Source of the DNA: Vicugna vicugna
Lineage: Eukaryota
DNA: 64,000 nt
Direction of reading: 5' to 3'
Assembly: GCA_013265495.1 (NCBI GenBank)
Contig: MU058059.1
Span: 1,587,502 to 1,651,501 of the forward strand
Shown here: in pieces, positions 24,256 to 36,340 of the stretch
How the letters are laid out: each line of letters begins with the position of its first letter
Numbering within the stretch: position 1 is the stretch's first letter
Made by a program: the position numbers and the translations under genes
Notes under the pieces: generated by a model
Databases searched by the model: none
What the model saw: only the letters and a program-made list of their open reading frames with translations
Told to the model about the DNA's origin: nothing

Positions 24256-27094
24256 CTATTTAACGAAGGCAGAAACCAGAATTTTATACTAATGCATATG
24301 AGCATTTATCAAGTTTCCTGTAGCATTAGGTGTCTTTGCCAATTAAATGCTTATTTGAGAATAATCAGTGAAGAAAAAATTTTACTTTTTTGCACATTTT
24401 TGTGGAAAGAAGAATGTCATTGCAATTCACTTCAAGGAAGGATTGTTACCTTTGAAGCGTATGGACTGTGAGGAGGTTTCCTGGTGTGTGCGTGTGTGTG
24501 TGTTCACCCATGCAAGCTTCAAAGAGAGACACCGCCTCCCTAGCAGGGGTTAAGATGTGGTTGTTCAGGAACATAAAAGGAAATCCAAGGAGAGACGAGA
24601 CCAGTGGCTCAGCCATCAGTGCCAGGCTTCTGAGCCCTGCCCTACTGATCCCATACTGACCTTAAACATCCCCCATCCCTGGGAATGCGGCTCCTGGTCT
24701 GGCATCATGAGAGCCTGTCCAGCCTGTGGGGCAGAGATAAGCCTAAATCTAGCCTTTGACTTCAGACACTAAGGAGGACTTCCAGTGAAGAGACTGATCA
24801 CTTTCAGCGGCAGTGACTAGGGAACTAGGAGCCTCTTACTTTGATTTATTAATCAGATCAGTTTGGTTGGAGGGTCCCGGTGAGAGCACATAAAAGATAC
24901 AGGGCACTTTCTATCTCAGGGGTGAGCCGTGAATTTTTGTCCTTCAGGCCAGAGGCTGAATCCTCACCAGGAGGTGCTGTTTGCACAGAAAGCGGCGTTT
25001 TCTCTCCTCCCACCTCCCCACAAGAGCTCCTTTCTGAGTGCCGCTCCTCCCGGGATGCTGCCCAAAATTATGTTTCTAATGAATTGTGTTGCCAGATTGA
25101 GCAGGAGCCAGGATCCTCTTTGGAACTGGGTAAACTGGGCTAATCAGAAACAGGTCCATCTCATTCTCCAGCCGGTTCTACCAGGGGGAAAACCCTGACA
25201 TCAGGCGGCTCCCACACACTGCTTGGCAACAGTAAGATTATGCTCGGTTTTGTCACCTCCAGGAAGGCCTCCAGGTCTGCATAACTGTTGGCTCATAAAT
25301 TTCTGTCTCTGTGATGTTTCTGAATTAAGAGGAACAGCTGGTTTCTAAAGGTTCCACTCTTTCATTATTGATGCCAAATGGCTTCCTGCTAACAAATTCT
25401 GATTTTTATGCGGTTTCTGTGCTAACACAGTCCTTCTCTGCCATCAGTGTTCAGGTACAGCACGCCTCCCCTTCAGTGCATGGCCCCCATGACCTGGGTG
25501 CTAGTGGGTGTCCATCTCTGACAGCAAGGAGAAAATCCACTGAACTCTTTGGCTTCCATCCTGTGAATCTCTCTGTAGGTTTCAGAATACCTTTCCTGGC
25601 TGGAAAACTCTTGCACAGCGGGGGGAGAAGAGTTCCTAGTCTCACTTCACAGATACCTGGAATTCATAACACCTGAGGGCTTCTCTCGTTCAACTTTCAA
25701 CTAAAAGCTCAAGCACAAAACAACAAAGGCTCACAGAGAGAAAGATCAGGACCCAGCACTGTGAGCAAATATGTCATGAATCCTGCATGAAACTCCATCA
25801 TTTTGCAGGCACTTTCATAGCCCATTGGTCTGTTTTCTGTGGTTAATGCTCCTAGAAGACGTGGCATAAATTCTCAGATTGTTTCAAGATGAATGAAAAG
25901 TTTAAATGGGCTGGCTTATGTGAATAGATCACTCTAGATCAATTCTTTTTTTATTATTTCTTCCTATTTTTTTCCTCTCAAGCATATCTACTTCAGGAAA
26001 TGTGGAGAGAAAAGAGCCTGGTGGGAAAAACGTATCAAGTGATAATGACACGTCCTGGTGGAAAAAGTTCTGGGGCAAACAGATTCGGGGTTTTACTGTT
26101 AAACTAACACGAGATTACCTATCCTAACAAGATTTAAGCATCTTGTTTTTATAAATGCTCTTTCATTTGTGTTAAAACAGGGGGAAATATGACATCTAAC
26201 CCTTTTTTCCTGAGAAAATAATCACCATCCTTCATGCTTTGCCAACAAAAATCCCTTTTTTTTTCCCCCCATTTATGATAGGAGTTGCAGTATCTGTAAC
26301 TTGGGAAAACTACCACTCTAGCTGGGGTATTTGTTTGATTTTGTCTTTGACCCTTGGGTTTTTTGTGTGAGATGTGTACGTGTATGTGTGTGTGTGTGTA
26401 TGGGTGTGTGTGTGTATTAATCTGAGGTGAGGACACTGTCAGAGGTGTAAGAAATCATCACAACTGTTGACAGGGGATGAGTTCTTCATTTTTATTCTAT
26501 AGACCTTCATAATTGTGTGTTTTTCATTTTGTATTAAAGTATCAAGAACGTACTATTTTTAAAAAATCATTTGGATTTGTTCATTGGAAAGATTAGATCT
26601 ATTCAGTACTTGTCATTAAACAGTTTTCTCTTAAGCGAATCATTTGCTTATAACTCTATGAAAAGTAGATTTGCTTACTTAAGTTGTGATTTTCCAAAGG
26701 CTGTTTTTAGTTTATCTGTTAAAAACAAAGAGAAAGAAAATAGGGAGAGAGATGAGGGGGTTGGCAGGGGGTAGAGAAGACGAGGGAGATCTGCCCTTTC
26801 AGCATCTAGAATTCTGAAATAAATGACTAAGACGGAAAAACCACTGAAACCAGCATGTGTTTTCCGCGGTTGCTGATGGCTCTTTGTGGGGCTCCGTGGA
26901 ACACTTTCACACTATCACGGGGAAACAGCGCAGTCCAGGGTGGATTCTGTTTTCTACGGCTAAAATCTCTATCTCCTATTTCCAGAAGCAGAAACACAAA
27001 TGAAGTCCCATGTCCTCCTGGTTGAAAACTTAATGGAAAAGAAAATATGTAACTTGTGCTTGGAAATAAACACATACACACAAACAAATGAATA

Positions 27095-27280
27095 CGAGTG
27101 AAACTGAGAAAATCTGGGTAAGATCAGTGGAGCATGTTGGTCTCAGTTTCCTGGCTGTGATACTGTACTGTGGTTTTATGAGATGTTACCATCGGGGGAA
27201 ACAGTAGTAAGTACATGGGACCTCTCTGTATTATTTCTTATAATTGCCTATGAATCTATATTTCAAAGTTAAAAGTTCCC
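27095..27280 (+). mobile_element. old LINE-1 (L1MC-type) 3' end
   Basis: TTTCCTGGCTGTGATACTGTACTG...AGATGTTACCATCGGGGGAAAC...GGGACCTCTCTGTATTATTTCTTATAATTGC.TATGAATCTATA. Confidence 0.8.
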
Positions 27281-27954
27281 TTAATTTTTAAAAATTTAGA
27301 AAAATGCCAAGTGAAAAAATTTTATATTACTTTAAAAATAAAAAAATTCAACATTTGTATTTGAAAATAATTAAATTAAAAGTATTTAAAAGACAAAGTC
27401 TCCTTTTTAAAATATTTATTTTATACATTATTTGTCTCTTATAACACCTATAAAAATGAAAGGAAAAAACCCAGATACAGTATATTTTAATACGTTAGTT
27501 CAGAGCTTAATATATTTTTGGTATATTAAACCAATAAACTAAGTTATATGGAGAAATATGAAGGGAAGTTTTTACCAATTTTTGTGTAATTCACGTGGAA
27601 GATGCATTTTACGTTCATGGGCAACATTTAGGGAACACTGAAAATTTTGTAACTTTGGATGGAAAAAATAGTGGAATCAGGTAAGTCCATTAGCCTTAAT
27701 GGCTATTAAAAAGGTCTTTGCCAGTATAAAACCATAGTACGTTTGCTCTTCAGGGATAAGAGACAGTTCTAAGAATAACTGTTGATGCTTCGGAGTAAAA
27801 TGTGGGTTTGAGACGAGAAGACAACAATTGCACATTTAACTAACAAATCATGTGGGCCTTTGCAGTGGATAGAGAGGATGAAAAACGCGAAGTGTCTGTA
27901 GATCCATCTTTCTGTCTATCAAACTCCTACTGCCTTATTTAGATGCAACTTTTA

Positions 27955-28165
27955 AAACCTTTTCTTTTGAGATAAATGAACTGTATATGTGTATGCACAC
28001 ACACACATACACACACACACACACACAGATGCATTTAAAAGAAAGAATACCAAGAGACCCCATGTACCCTTCCCTCAGTTTCCCCAAAGATAACTCCTTA
28101 CACAACACGATACAACATCACAAATGGGAAACTGACACTGACACAAGCCACTGATCTTATTGACA
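27955..28165 (-). mobile_element. old LINE-1 3' end fragment containing a (CA)n microsatellite
   Basis: GAGACCCCATGTACCCTTCCCTCAGTTTCCCCAAAGATAAC; (CA)n at ~27997-28026. Confidence 0.7.
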
Positions 28166-28919
28166 AATGATGCTTTTTAAACAAAAAACTGCAGTTTGAA
28201 AGTTGCTGAAACAGCAGATGACTACTAGTATATTTTCCAAAAAACACATCCTACACCCTGCATTAACTATTTTTCTAAAGTTTGATTCAAATTTTACAGA
28301 TTCTGAGGCTTTTTCTCTCCTTATTCTTGCCCTTCCTACCTTTTTGCTTGTTCTCCTTTTTTTTACGCTTTTTTAAACAAATGATCATATAGTTAGAAAC
28401 AAATTGCTTTGGATATTTTCTGACATACATTTATGTCATTATAAAGCTGAGAGACAGATTATCTGTGGCGACATTTTCAGAGACCAGACTTCACAGAAAA
28501 GGAATAACTCAATTCCCTACAAAAGATACGTTACTATCTAACAGCTTGTCCAAGCCTTGGAGTTATTAAATTTCAACTACAGCATAACAAAGCTACACAG
28601 ACAACCTGAACCTGAGATTTGGTTTCGATGTGTTATTTTGCAAGGTTTGGAGAAGGCAATGTTGTTGAAAGCAAAGGGGTTTCCCTTTAAAATGTAGTGC
28701 TTTCCTTAAGAAAGTGGTTTGGAGAAGGAGATTCAGTCTCCTTTCCATCCAATTCAGATGGCCTTCTAAGAGGCACTTCCAAGTAATGGCAGCTGTCCAC
28801 ATGACAGATGGTCCCAGTAAGAGAGAATCTGGCACTTGACAGTGTGGAGAGGAAAGAGAACTTACAAGAGGGGAAGGAACAGGACTGGAAAGGTAAGAAA
28901 AGGCTCCCTTCACTCGAGT

Positions 28920-29705
28920 ACAGTGGTAAAACTTGAAGGGTTTTAAGTATCAGATGACGGAATAATTTGCATTATGACTATAATGGATGGAAGAGGCAAG
29001 AGAATAAGCAGGGATGTCATTCTGAAAGCGATGACAGTGGTCCAGGTGAGAGATGCTGGCTGGGTTGAAGTGATACCAGTGGAGATGGAAAAAGAAAGGG
29101 GACAAATTTGGGACAAATCATGGTGGTCAAATCTGTTAGATTTGGTGATAGAATGATAGAGGGAGATGTTGAAAAGTGTCTCTGGATTTCTTGCATGAAT
29201 GACCAGATAGATTTAAATGCCACTTAATGAGATGGAAAAAGAAGGTAGCATTTATTGGAAGGAGACAGAAGGAGGGACTCCTTCTGGTGGGAAAAATCAG
29301 AGTTCAGCTTTGGACATGCCAAGTCTGAGAAGCCCATAGGACATCCCAGTGGAGAGGTCAAGGACAAAGTTGGAAGAGAAACGAGGAGGGAAGTCTGGAC
29401 AAAGAAGAAACTGGAGGGAGAGGGAGTCCACTGTGTAGGTGACAGAACAAGAGCCCAGGTAAGGACCTGAACTCAAAGAGCCCCTTTAGCCAAAGAGAGC
29501 TCATGGGTGGTTCAGCACAGGCAATTTTGGTAGTCTATGGAGAAGTCAGATTAGAATGGGTCATGGAGTGAATGTGAGATAAAGTCGTGAAGAAAGTGGG
29601 TTTTGTCTATAAAACAAAGGAAGTAGAGAAAGAGCAAGTGGAAAAATAAATACCTGAAGGAAGAAATCATTTCAAGTATAGCTTTTTTTTCTTTTTAGAT
29701 ATGAG
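28920..29705 (-). mobile_element. L2 fragment
   Basis: GTCCAGGTGAGAGATG; CAGAGTTCAGCTTTGGACATGCCAAGTCTGAGAAGCCCATAGGACATCCCAGTGGAGAGGTCAAG. Confidence 0.8.
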
Positions 29706-29714
29706 ATACTAAAG

Positions 29715-30035
29715 CAGTTGTTCTTTACCTAGATTATACATTAGAACGACCTGGAAGGAATTTTAAAATTCTGATGCCCAGGCCTCCTTCCTTTACAATT
29801 AAATCAAAACCCTTTGCAAGCTGGAGCCCAGGCATCCGTGGGTTTTTTTGGAAGCACAACAGGTCAGTCCAGTGTGCAGGCACATTTGAGAACCAGTGGA
29901 CTAGACGTGGTTTTCAACCCCTGGAAGAGCTGGTTCAAATGCAAATTCTGAGTCAGAGGTCTGGGTGGGGCCCAAGGTTCTGAATCTCTAATAAGCTCCC
30001 TGGTGATGCTGCTGCTTCCTGGAGCTGCAGGACAT
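29715..30035. mobile_element. two adjacent MER5-family hAT-Charlie MITEs
   Basis: First copy 29715-29898 (ACATTAGAACGACCTGG...TTGAGAACCAGTG). Second from ~29906 (AAATGCAAATTCTGAGTCAGAGGTCTGGGTGGGGCCCAAG..TCTG...TAATAAGCTCCCTGGTGATGCTG). Confidence 0.75.
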
Positions 30036-30639
30036 TCGATGGCAGTTATCCAGGAGGGAAAGAGGTTCAAGCTGCAGGAGAGGACTGAACCCAAGAAAAG
30101 GGATGGGAGGCCAACACCCATGAGAGGACCAGCCTAGGGTAGGAGGAGAGATGCTGTAAACACAGGAGGCGGCGGACAGGGTTGGGCTGATACATTTGGT
30201 GGTCAAGAAGATTAAGGACTTAAGCCCAGGAGTTCTGACTGTCCTGGTTTCCATGCACACATTTCTTCTTTTCATTCTCTGCTACCTCAGCTAACCTCCT
30301 TCATGGGGATATTTCCCCCTTTTGTGAAGGTTAAGGCCATGGTACCTGAGGGTTGGCAGGAACCCTGTAGGTCATTCGGCCTTTACATGCCCCGTGTTAC
30401 AGATGTGGCCTGGACGTCACCTCCTCCCGAGGGCAGAGCAAGACTACATGTAAGGCTGGTGAGGCGTGAGTCCCTGAGCGACCTGCCTCGGGCTCTTTGT
30501 AGTCCTCCTTTGCAAGGTTAGGATGAGCCCGAGTCACTGTGGTGGGGCTGAGCCCACAGATGAGGCTTTTTCCTATTCCTGGTGCCACTTGGGGAGAATA
30601 ACCAGGCAGTTGGTCAGTGTCCAGGCTGCTGTAATAGTG

Positions 30640-30870
30640 TCACCATCTACCGGGCATCTGCTCACATCAGCCCTTCCACATGGCTTGTCTCGGTTTATCC
30701 TACAAGAACCCTACATCGCAGGTACTATTATTACTCCCATTTCACAGATGGGTAAACTGAGGCTTACAGAGGTTGAGGAACTTGCCTCAAGTCCCATTCT
30801 TTTAAGCAGTAGAAGCAGTGGTTAAACTCAAGCAGCCAGCCTCAGATATCACACTCTTAACTATGATGGT
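30640..30870 (-). mobile_element. MIR SINE
   Basis: GGTACTATTATTACTCCCATTTCACAGATGGGTAAACTGAGGCTTACAGAGGTT...CTTGCC. Confidence 0.85.
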
Positions 30871-31339
30871 AGCTGCCCTCTCTGTCAATTAATGAGGTGG
30901 GTCCTGCTGGCGTGACAGATAATTCTTCTTGGGTCTCTAGCAATCCTGCACATCTTTCTAGTAGAGGCACTAACTGCCTTTGTTTCAGACTATGTTTTCA
31001 AGGATGTTTGTACAGCAGTCTTGTACCACAGAGAGACAGTGTCTCTGCCCAGGCAACCTTGCTTAGTGCCTGGTATAAAAGAACTGAGTTCCTCATGCTC
31101 AAGGTTGCACTGCTGTATCCGAACCTGCTACATCTGCAGGTATCTCTGGCCCTCTCTGCACTGCCCTGTGGTCAGAACTGGTGCTTGGAGAACCCAAACA
31201 AATGCTAGCACTCCAGCTAAAGTATCGCTGTGAAAAATAAACTGCCCTTTGTCTCTGACCCGAGTCCCATGTCTTTAAAAGCATCCACGAAGTGGTGGCA
31301 GGCTAACCTAGCTTGAAAGAAGGGTAAAATGGAGGCCTC

Positions 31340-31455
31340 TTCACAGTTCTTGACAGGTGCTATTATCTCAATTATATAGACAGGTAAACTGAGGTTCAGA
31401 GAGGCCATGCACAGCCAGTAAAGGACAGAGGTGGGATTTAAACTCAGCTCTGCCT
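31340..31455 (-). mobile_element. MIR SINE interrupted by L1 (continues after 31751)
   Basis: GGTGCTATTATCTC...GGTAAACTGAGGTTCAGAGAGG...GGGATTTAAACTCAG; resumes as AAACTCAGGTCTGCCTCC after the L1. Confidence 0.75.
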
Positions 31456-31750
31456 TAACATAGAAAACAAACTTAAGTTACCAGGGGGGAAAGAGAATGG
31501 GAAAGGATAAATCATGAGTTTGGGACTAGCAGATACTAACTACTATATATAAAATAGATAAACAGCAAGGTCCTATTGTAGAGCACAGGGGACTATATTC
31601 AATATCTTGTAGTAACCTACAATGAAAGAGAATATGAAAATGAATATATGTATGTATATGTATGACTGGGACACTGTGCTGTACACTGGAAGTTGACACA
31701 ACAGTGTAAACTGACTACACCAATTTAGAAAAGAAAAAGCAAGGAAAAAG
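31456..31750 (+). mobile_element. 5'-truncated LINE-1 3' end with TSD
   Basis: AGAAAACAAACTT..GTTACC...GTAGAGCACAGGGGACTATATTCAATATCTTGTA, then an A-rich tail. 16-bp TSD AAACTCAGCTCTGCCT (31440-31455) / AAACTCAGGTCTGCCT (31751-31766), 15/16, at a TTT/AAA site. Confidence 0.92.
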
Positions 31751-31969
31751 AAACTCAGGTCTGCCTCCATCCAAAACATGGCCTGTACCCACTATTTCAT
31801 GAGTAGAAAGGGGCCAGATGAGAAAAGGGAAGGAAAATCGCCCATGGACTCCATGGAGATGATCTCGTGATTCCCAGAGGGAAGCAGAGAAAAGTTTAAT
31901 GCAGATCAGGGAACCCTCTGGGCTCCTGGCCCAAATCACTCGTCCAATCAGCTATTTTCGCGTGGATTT

Positions 31970-32420
31970 TGTAATGGACGCTGGGGCGCTCCACCCAGAT
32001 CTCCCCTTCAGGACTGAGATACTCTCGTCCCCGCTGCTGGAGGTATTAGCAGCTAAAGGCCCTCATCTGAGTCCCGCCCATGAACTGTCAGGCTGGAGAC
32101 TGCTGCCTTACCCAGAGACAAGCCCCATTCTGTGGGTCCAGCAGACAGGGTGGGGTGGGGGCAGGGCAGGAGCAGGAGCACATGATGTCCAGTGCCTTTG
32201 CTTCAAGGTGGGACAACTCTGTGTAACTCCAGGGCTTGCTGTGGGAGAGACTCAAATTTTCTGCCTTTTTGGCACCGACATCACAATTCAGCTCCTTCCT
32301 CTGCCCAAAGCTCCCTTCTGTCCCCCACAGTATTGACTTGAGTACCCTTCGCAAAAAATTTCCACCACACAATCTTAGCACACAAACTGCAGAGAATCTT
32401 TCCCGGGAACAGGCCTAAAG
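31970..32420 (+). mobile_element. LTR16-like (ERVL) solo LTR
   Basis: Start TGTAATGGACGCTGGGGCGCTCCACCCAGATCTCCCC, internal GCTTCAAGGTGGGACAACTCTG and CCTTCCTCTGCCCAA; resembles the LTR16 consensus as recalled. Confidence 0.6.
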
Positions 32421-34244
32421 CAGAGCTCATGCAAATCATGACAGAAAACAAAAGGCCATACAAAAAGTGTGCTTCCAAAGATTTTTGTGTGCTTTAAGTT
32501 ACAATTTTGGGTACCTGTTGGTTTAGGGAAAATCATTCGAAATATCACCTGTAAGCTCACCGAAATCACAGGGTTAATTCAAATTGTGAGAATTCCAGTA
32601 AAGGATGAGAAATCAGATTTATTAAGCATTACAGTTGTGACAATTATTCTGCTGTATGTTCACCAAATTGCTTTTTCTGACCTATTATTCTACTAATAAG
32701 CAAAAAGCAATAGGAAAATCATTAACTTATTATATAATGCCCTGATGGAAATTTTGAGTATAAGTGAATTTCTGTTTTCCCTTGAGATACAAATACTGTG
32801 ACTGTTTCATGGATTATGTAAATGGAACAGTGGGAACCATTTGCAAGTCACATTTAATGTGTCTGGGAAAAAGATATTAACCTCCTTTCCTACAGAGAGA
32901 GGCAAAAAGACTCAAGCCTTGTTGGAATGGAAAACTGGGGGTTTTGTGCAATCTCTCAAGAATAGATTTGGAGGGGGGAGTGGTAATGAATGCCCTGAAA
33001 TAATCTCCTTCCTTGTGATTTGAGAATGAAAAACCAGTGAGAACAAGGCCAGAGAGAACGAAGGCCAGCTAGGGCAGAACCAGATTCATGGGATGAATCC
33101 AACCTTTTGTCAAGTTATGTCTTCAGCCTTATTCCACCTACTCAAGGTTGTACAAACACATCTAGATCACGACTTTCCTAAGGGTAAAGTACTAGCATGG
33201 TTGGTCACTGTTTCTGATTTCAAAACTAAATGATGAACGAAGAACAGGGTCCCCTGCCCCAGATACATTTTGTCCCATTTGATAAGCAAATCAGGTTTTT
33301 GTCCTGTTGAGGGGAATTTAAATTTCAAACTGTGCTCAAGGGTGCACTGTTTCTTAATTGCATAAAAGGAAAATCAGCACTAAAATATTTTAAAGCTTTC
33401 TCTTTAAAAAGTCTTAAGACGAAAAAATGCACGTTTCTCATGAATTCATGCGTCATGTTTACAACTTTCATCCTTGTAATGCAACCAGTTGAACTAGTTA
33501 TTTTCAATCAAGAGAATGTTATGCAAAGTCCAATACTTGACTCAGTCATGTAAACAAACAAGGCAAGCGAAATGCTTCCAAGTATGCTGAAAATTTAGCT
33601 TTTCTCCTACATAAGGCAACAACCTTTAACTTGAGAATGAAGTTTCAGAGACAATAAATTCTGCTACACAAACATAAAGAAGTGTTTGGTTTAAACCCTT
33701 GCATAGCTTATCAACAGTTGCATGCAACCAGGAAAGCTGCATTGTGCTGTAAACAACTAATCCATTGCTTCATATTCCTGGGATCTTTCCTTCCAGTCAT
33801 TAGACCAAAAATGAGGTACGAGATTGAGCAAGTTTCTACAGAGGAGCAGCAAAAATTCCATCCACAGAGATCCCTAAGGTGACACCAAAAAGAAATTCTG
33901 GAAATACACTGTTGGAGATCCTTTTCTCTGATGAAATGAAAAGCTTCAACATTTTTGAAATCAGAGATAGACAAGCCTCTTTATTATTACCGAAAAGCAT
34001 CATCATTGCTCAACAATTTTCTGGCAGAGGGAACAGAGGCAAAAGGTTAGTCCAATGAAATTCAGGTGGTAAAAATGCAAAAGAGGGTTAAGGTCGGCAC
34101 TCTAACACAGACGGAAAGTCTAGCCTGTGTGTGTGTGTGTATGTGAATGATCAAGGACTTTTAATGAGATTTAAGATTCCAAAGTTCTCCTGAGAAGCAA
34201 AACGTACGTGAAATGCCTGATACAATCACTAGAACATGGAAAGG

Positions 34245-34573
34245 TCAGTACAAGTCAGTCTGTGACCATATACAGATGGAGGCAGTGCCTATCTGTCTGA
34301 GTGCCTGGGGTGGATTTACTACCAACAGGGATTGCAGCTATAGAAAATTCCAAGCAGAGTTCTTTGCTACCTGATGGCTCTTAGAGTCAATCCCCCTTAA
34401 AGACAGATACTTCAGAAGCTCATTAGGGAAAGAGTCTTTCTGCCTCTTCTGGGCTGTGCTCAGGGATCATTCGGGAGTCTTGGAAGCTGGGCAGAACCTC
34501 CCTAAAGGGAAAGTTTGAAAACAATATAGGGCAGGAGAAAGGGTGTGGGCTTCTCCCATGTGGGCGAAATAAG
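34245..34573 (+). repeat. left arm of long inverted repeat (core; weaker homology extends out to ~34193)
   Basis: Reverse complement of 35816-36152. Hand alignment gives ~21 substitutions plus a few indels; perfect 54-bp match at 34480-34533. Confidence 0.97.
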
Positions 34574-35815
34574 ACAGTGATGACTAATGCTGGATTTGCT
34601 GGTCCTTGGTGGAGAGCACAGTGGTTATTCAAAGTTGGATCCAGAGTGAAAGAGGGTATAGATGTACCCAAAATGTTATAAGGGGGTAGTTTCTTAAAAG
34701 AGATTGATTTTCCATCTCAAATCCATTACCAGGTGTGTGCCCACACAAGAATACACAGACCTTCCTGCCCTAGTTGGCTGCAAACATAAAAGGAAATGAA
34801 AACCAACCACTTTCATCTTAGCAAAGTCCTTCTCCTTATTACTTTTATTGCTTGGATTATGAATTTCAATAAATGCAAAATGCATTCCTAAGTCTAGAAG
34901 TCAATCCCCCAAAAGTTGTTTATCTAGAGTCAATAAAAATAATTTAATTCTAGATTCAATTCATTCTACTCTTGATTTGCAAAGGAGTAAACTGTGAACC
35001 ATAGAGATGGAGCTGATACGAGTAGGAAAAGCATCTAAAACTATTAAGTGACACAGAGGAAATTAAATCCTGGCTCACTTGATCCCCATTCAACGCTGTT
35101 CCTGTATCAGCATCCTACCATTCAGAAAACTGCAGCTCACCAGACAGCTTCATTTTGTGAAGACACTTTTGTCATGTGAAGCGACTGCTATCCGGGCAAG
35201 GACAGTTCACTGAATTTGAGTGTCCAAAGTAGATTTCCTCTAGACACAGGAAAGCCATCAGAAGGTAAAAGTGCTTTTCCTTCATCGATTAAATCTAAAC
35301 GCTCCCATTAGCACCATCCACCAGGTCCCCATGATGACAGTGAAGGCACTGCCAGCCTTTACAGATTACAATTACCCACATTTGGTATCTGTCTTAGAAG
35401 AACCCAAGGCTTCACAGTAGACTGAGGAAGGAAACAAAAGTAAGCTTTCCCCAAGTCCACAAGGAGAGTCAAGTGCTGACATCGCAGGTGATCAGTGACA
35501 TCAGTGAGATCCTATCTGGCAAGTGAAAAATGGTGACAACTGTCCCCCAGGGCTCTCTCCTGCCCACAGAGTTAGAAGCGTGCAACCTGCACAAACCTCC
35601 ATCACAAGGACACACCTTCTCAGTTCTTCTCAAACGACTCACTCGTACCTTATCTGGGGTCTCTGGTTTCTGAATGGGAAGCACTGAGGGAAAGACCCAT
35701 CTGAAGTGGAAGGAGAGTCATTCCTGGAATCCAGGCTATTCTTTTCAAAGTTCATTATTAGAATGTGTCATAAAAACATCAAAATCTGATGGACTTGTGT
35801 AAGTCTGACTCATGA

Positions 35816-36152
35816 CTTATTTTGCCCACATGGGAGAAGCCCACACCCTTTCTCCTCGACGTTGCCCTATATTGTTTTCAAACTTTCCCTTTAGGGAGGT
35901 TCTGCCCAGCTTCCAAAACTCCCAAATGATCCCTGAGCACAGCCCAGAAGAGGCAGAAAGAATCATTCCCTAATGAGCTTCTGAAGTATCTGCCTGTAAG
36001 GGGGACTGACTCCAAGAGGCATCAGGTAGCAAAGAACTCTGCTTGGACTTTTCTGTAGCTCAACTCCAACCTGATGGTGGTAAATCCACCCCAGGCACCC
36101 AGACAGATAGGCACTATCCATCTACACATGGTCACAGACTGACGTGCACTGA
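35816..36152 (-). repeat. right arm of long inverted repeat (core; weaker homology extends to ~36210)
   Basis: Example: TTTGCCCACATGGGAGAAGCCCACACCCTTTCTCCT pairs with AGGAGAAAGGGTGTGGGCTTCTCCCATGTGGGCGAA. Carries a 7-nt insertion near 35856-35863 relative to the left arm. Confidence 0.97.
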
Positions 36153-36340
36153 GGCCTCTTCATGTTCCGGCCACTGCATCACGTATTTCATGTACATTTC
36201 TTTGCATCGTCCCCATAACAACATGGTGCCTCAGGCAATATTATTAGTTCCATTTTCTAGAAAGTTTAGACAACTTGCCCAAAGCGACTGGAGACTTTGC
36301 ATCTGACTGTAGATGGCACAGTCTTAACTACTTGACACAC
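36140..36340 (-). mobile_element. MIR SINE (degraded), 3' end overlapping the outer right arm
   Basis: CACTGAGGCCTCTTCATGTTCCGGCCACTG...CCCCATAACAAC...TATTATTAGTTCCATTTT...CAACTTGCCCAAAG. Confidence 0.65.

Noticed and set aside
34193..36210. Inverted repeat as the TIRs of a DNA transposon
   Set aside because: The outer ends fade into MIR sequence instead of ending sharply, there is no TSD or transposase remnant, and identity is highest inside. Not fully excluded without a Dfam search.
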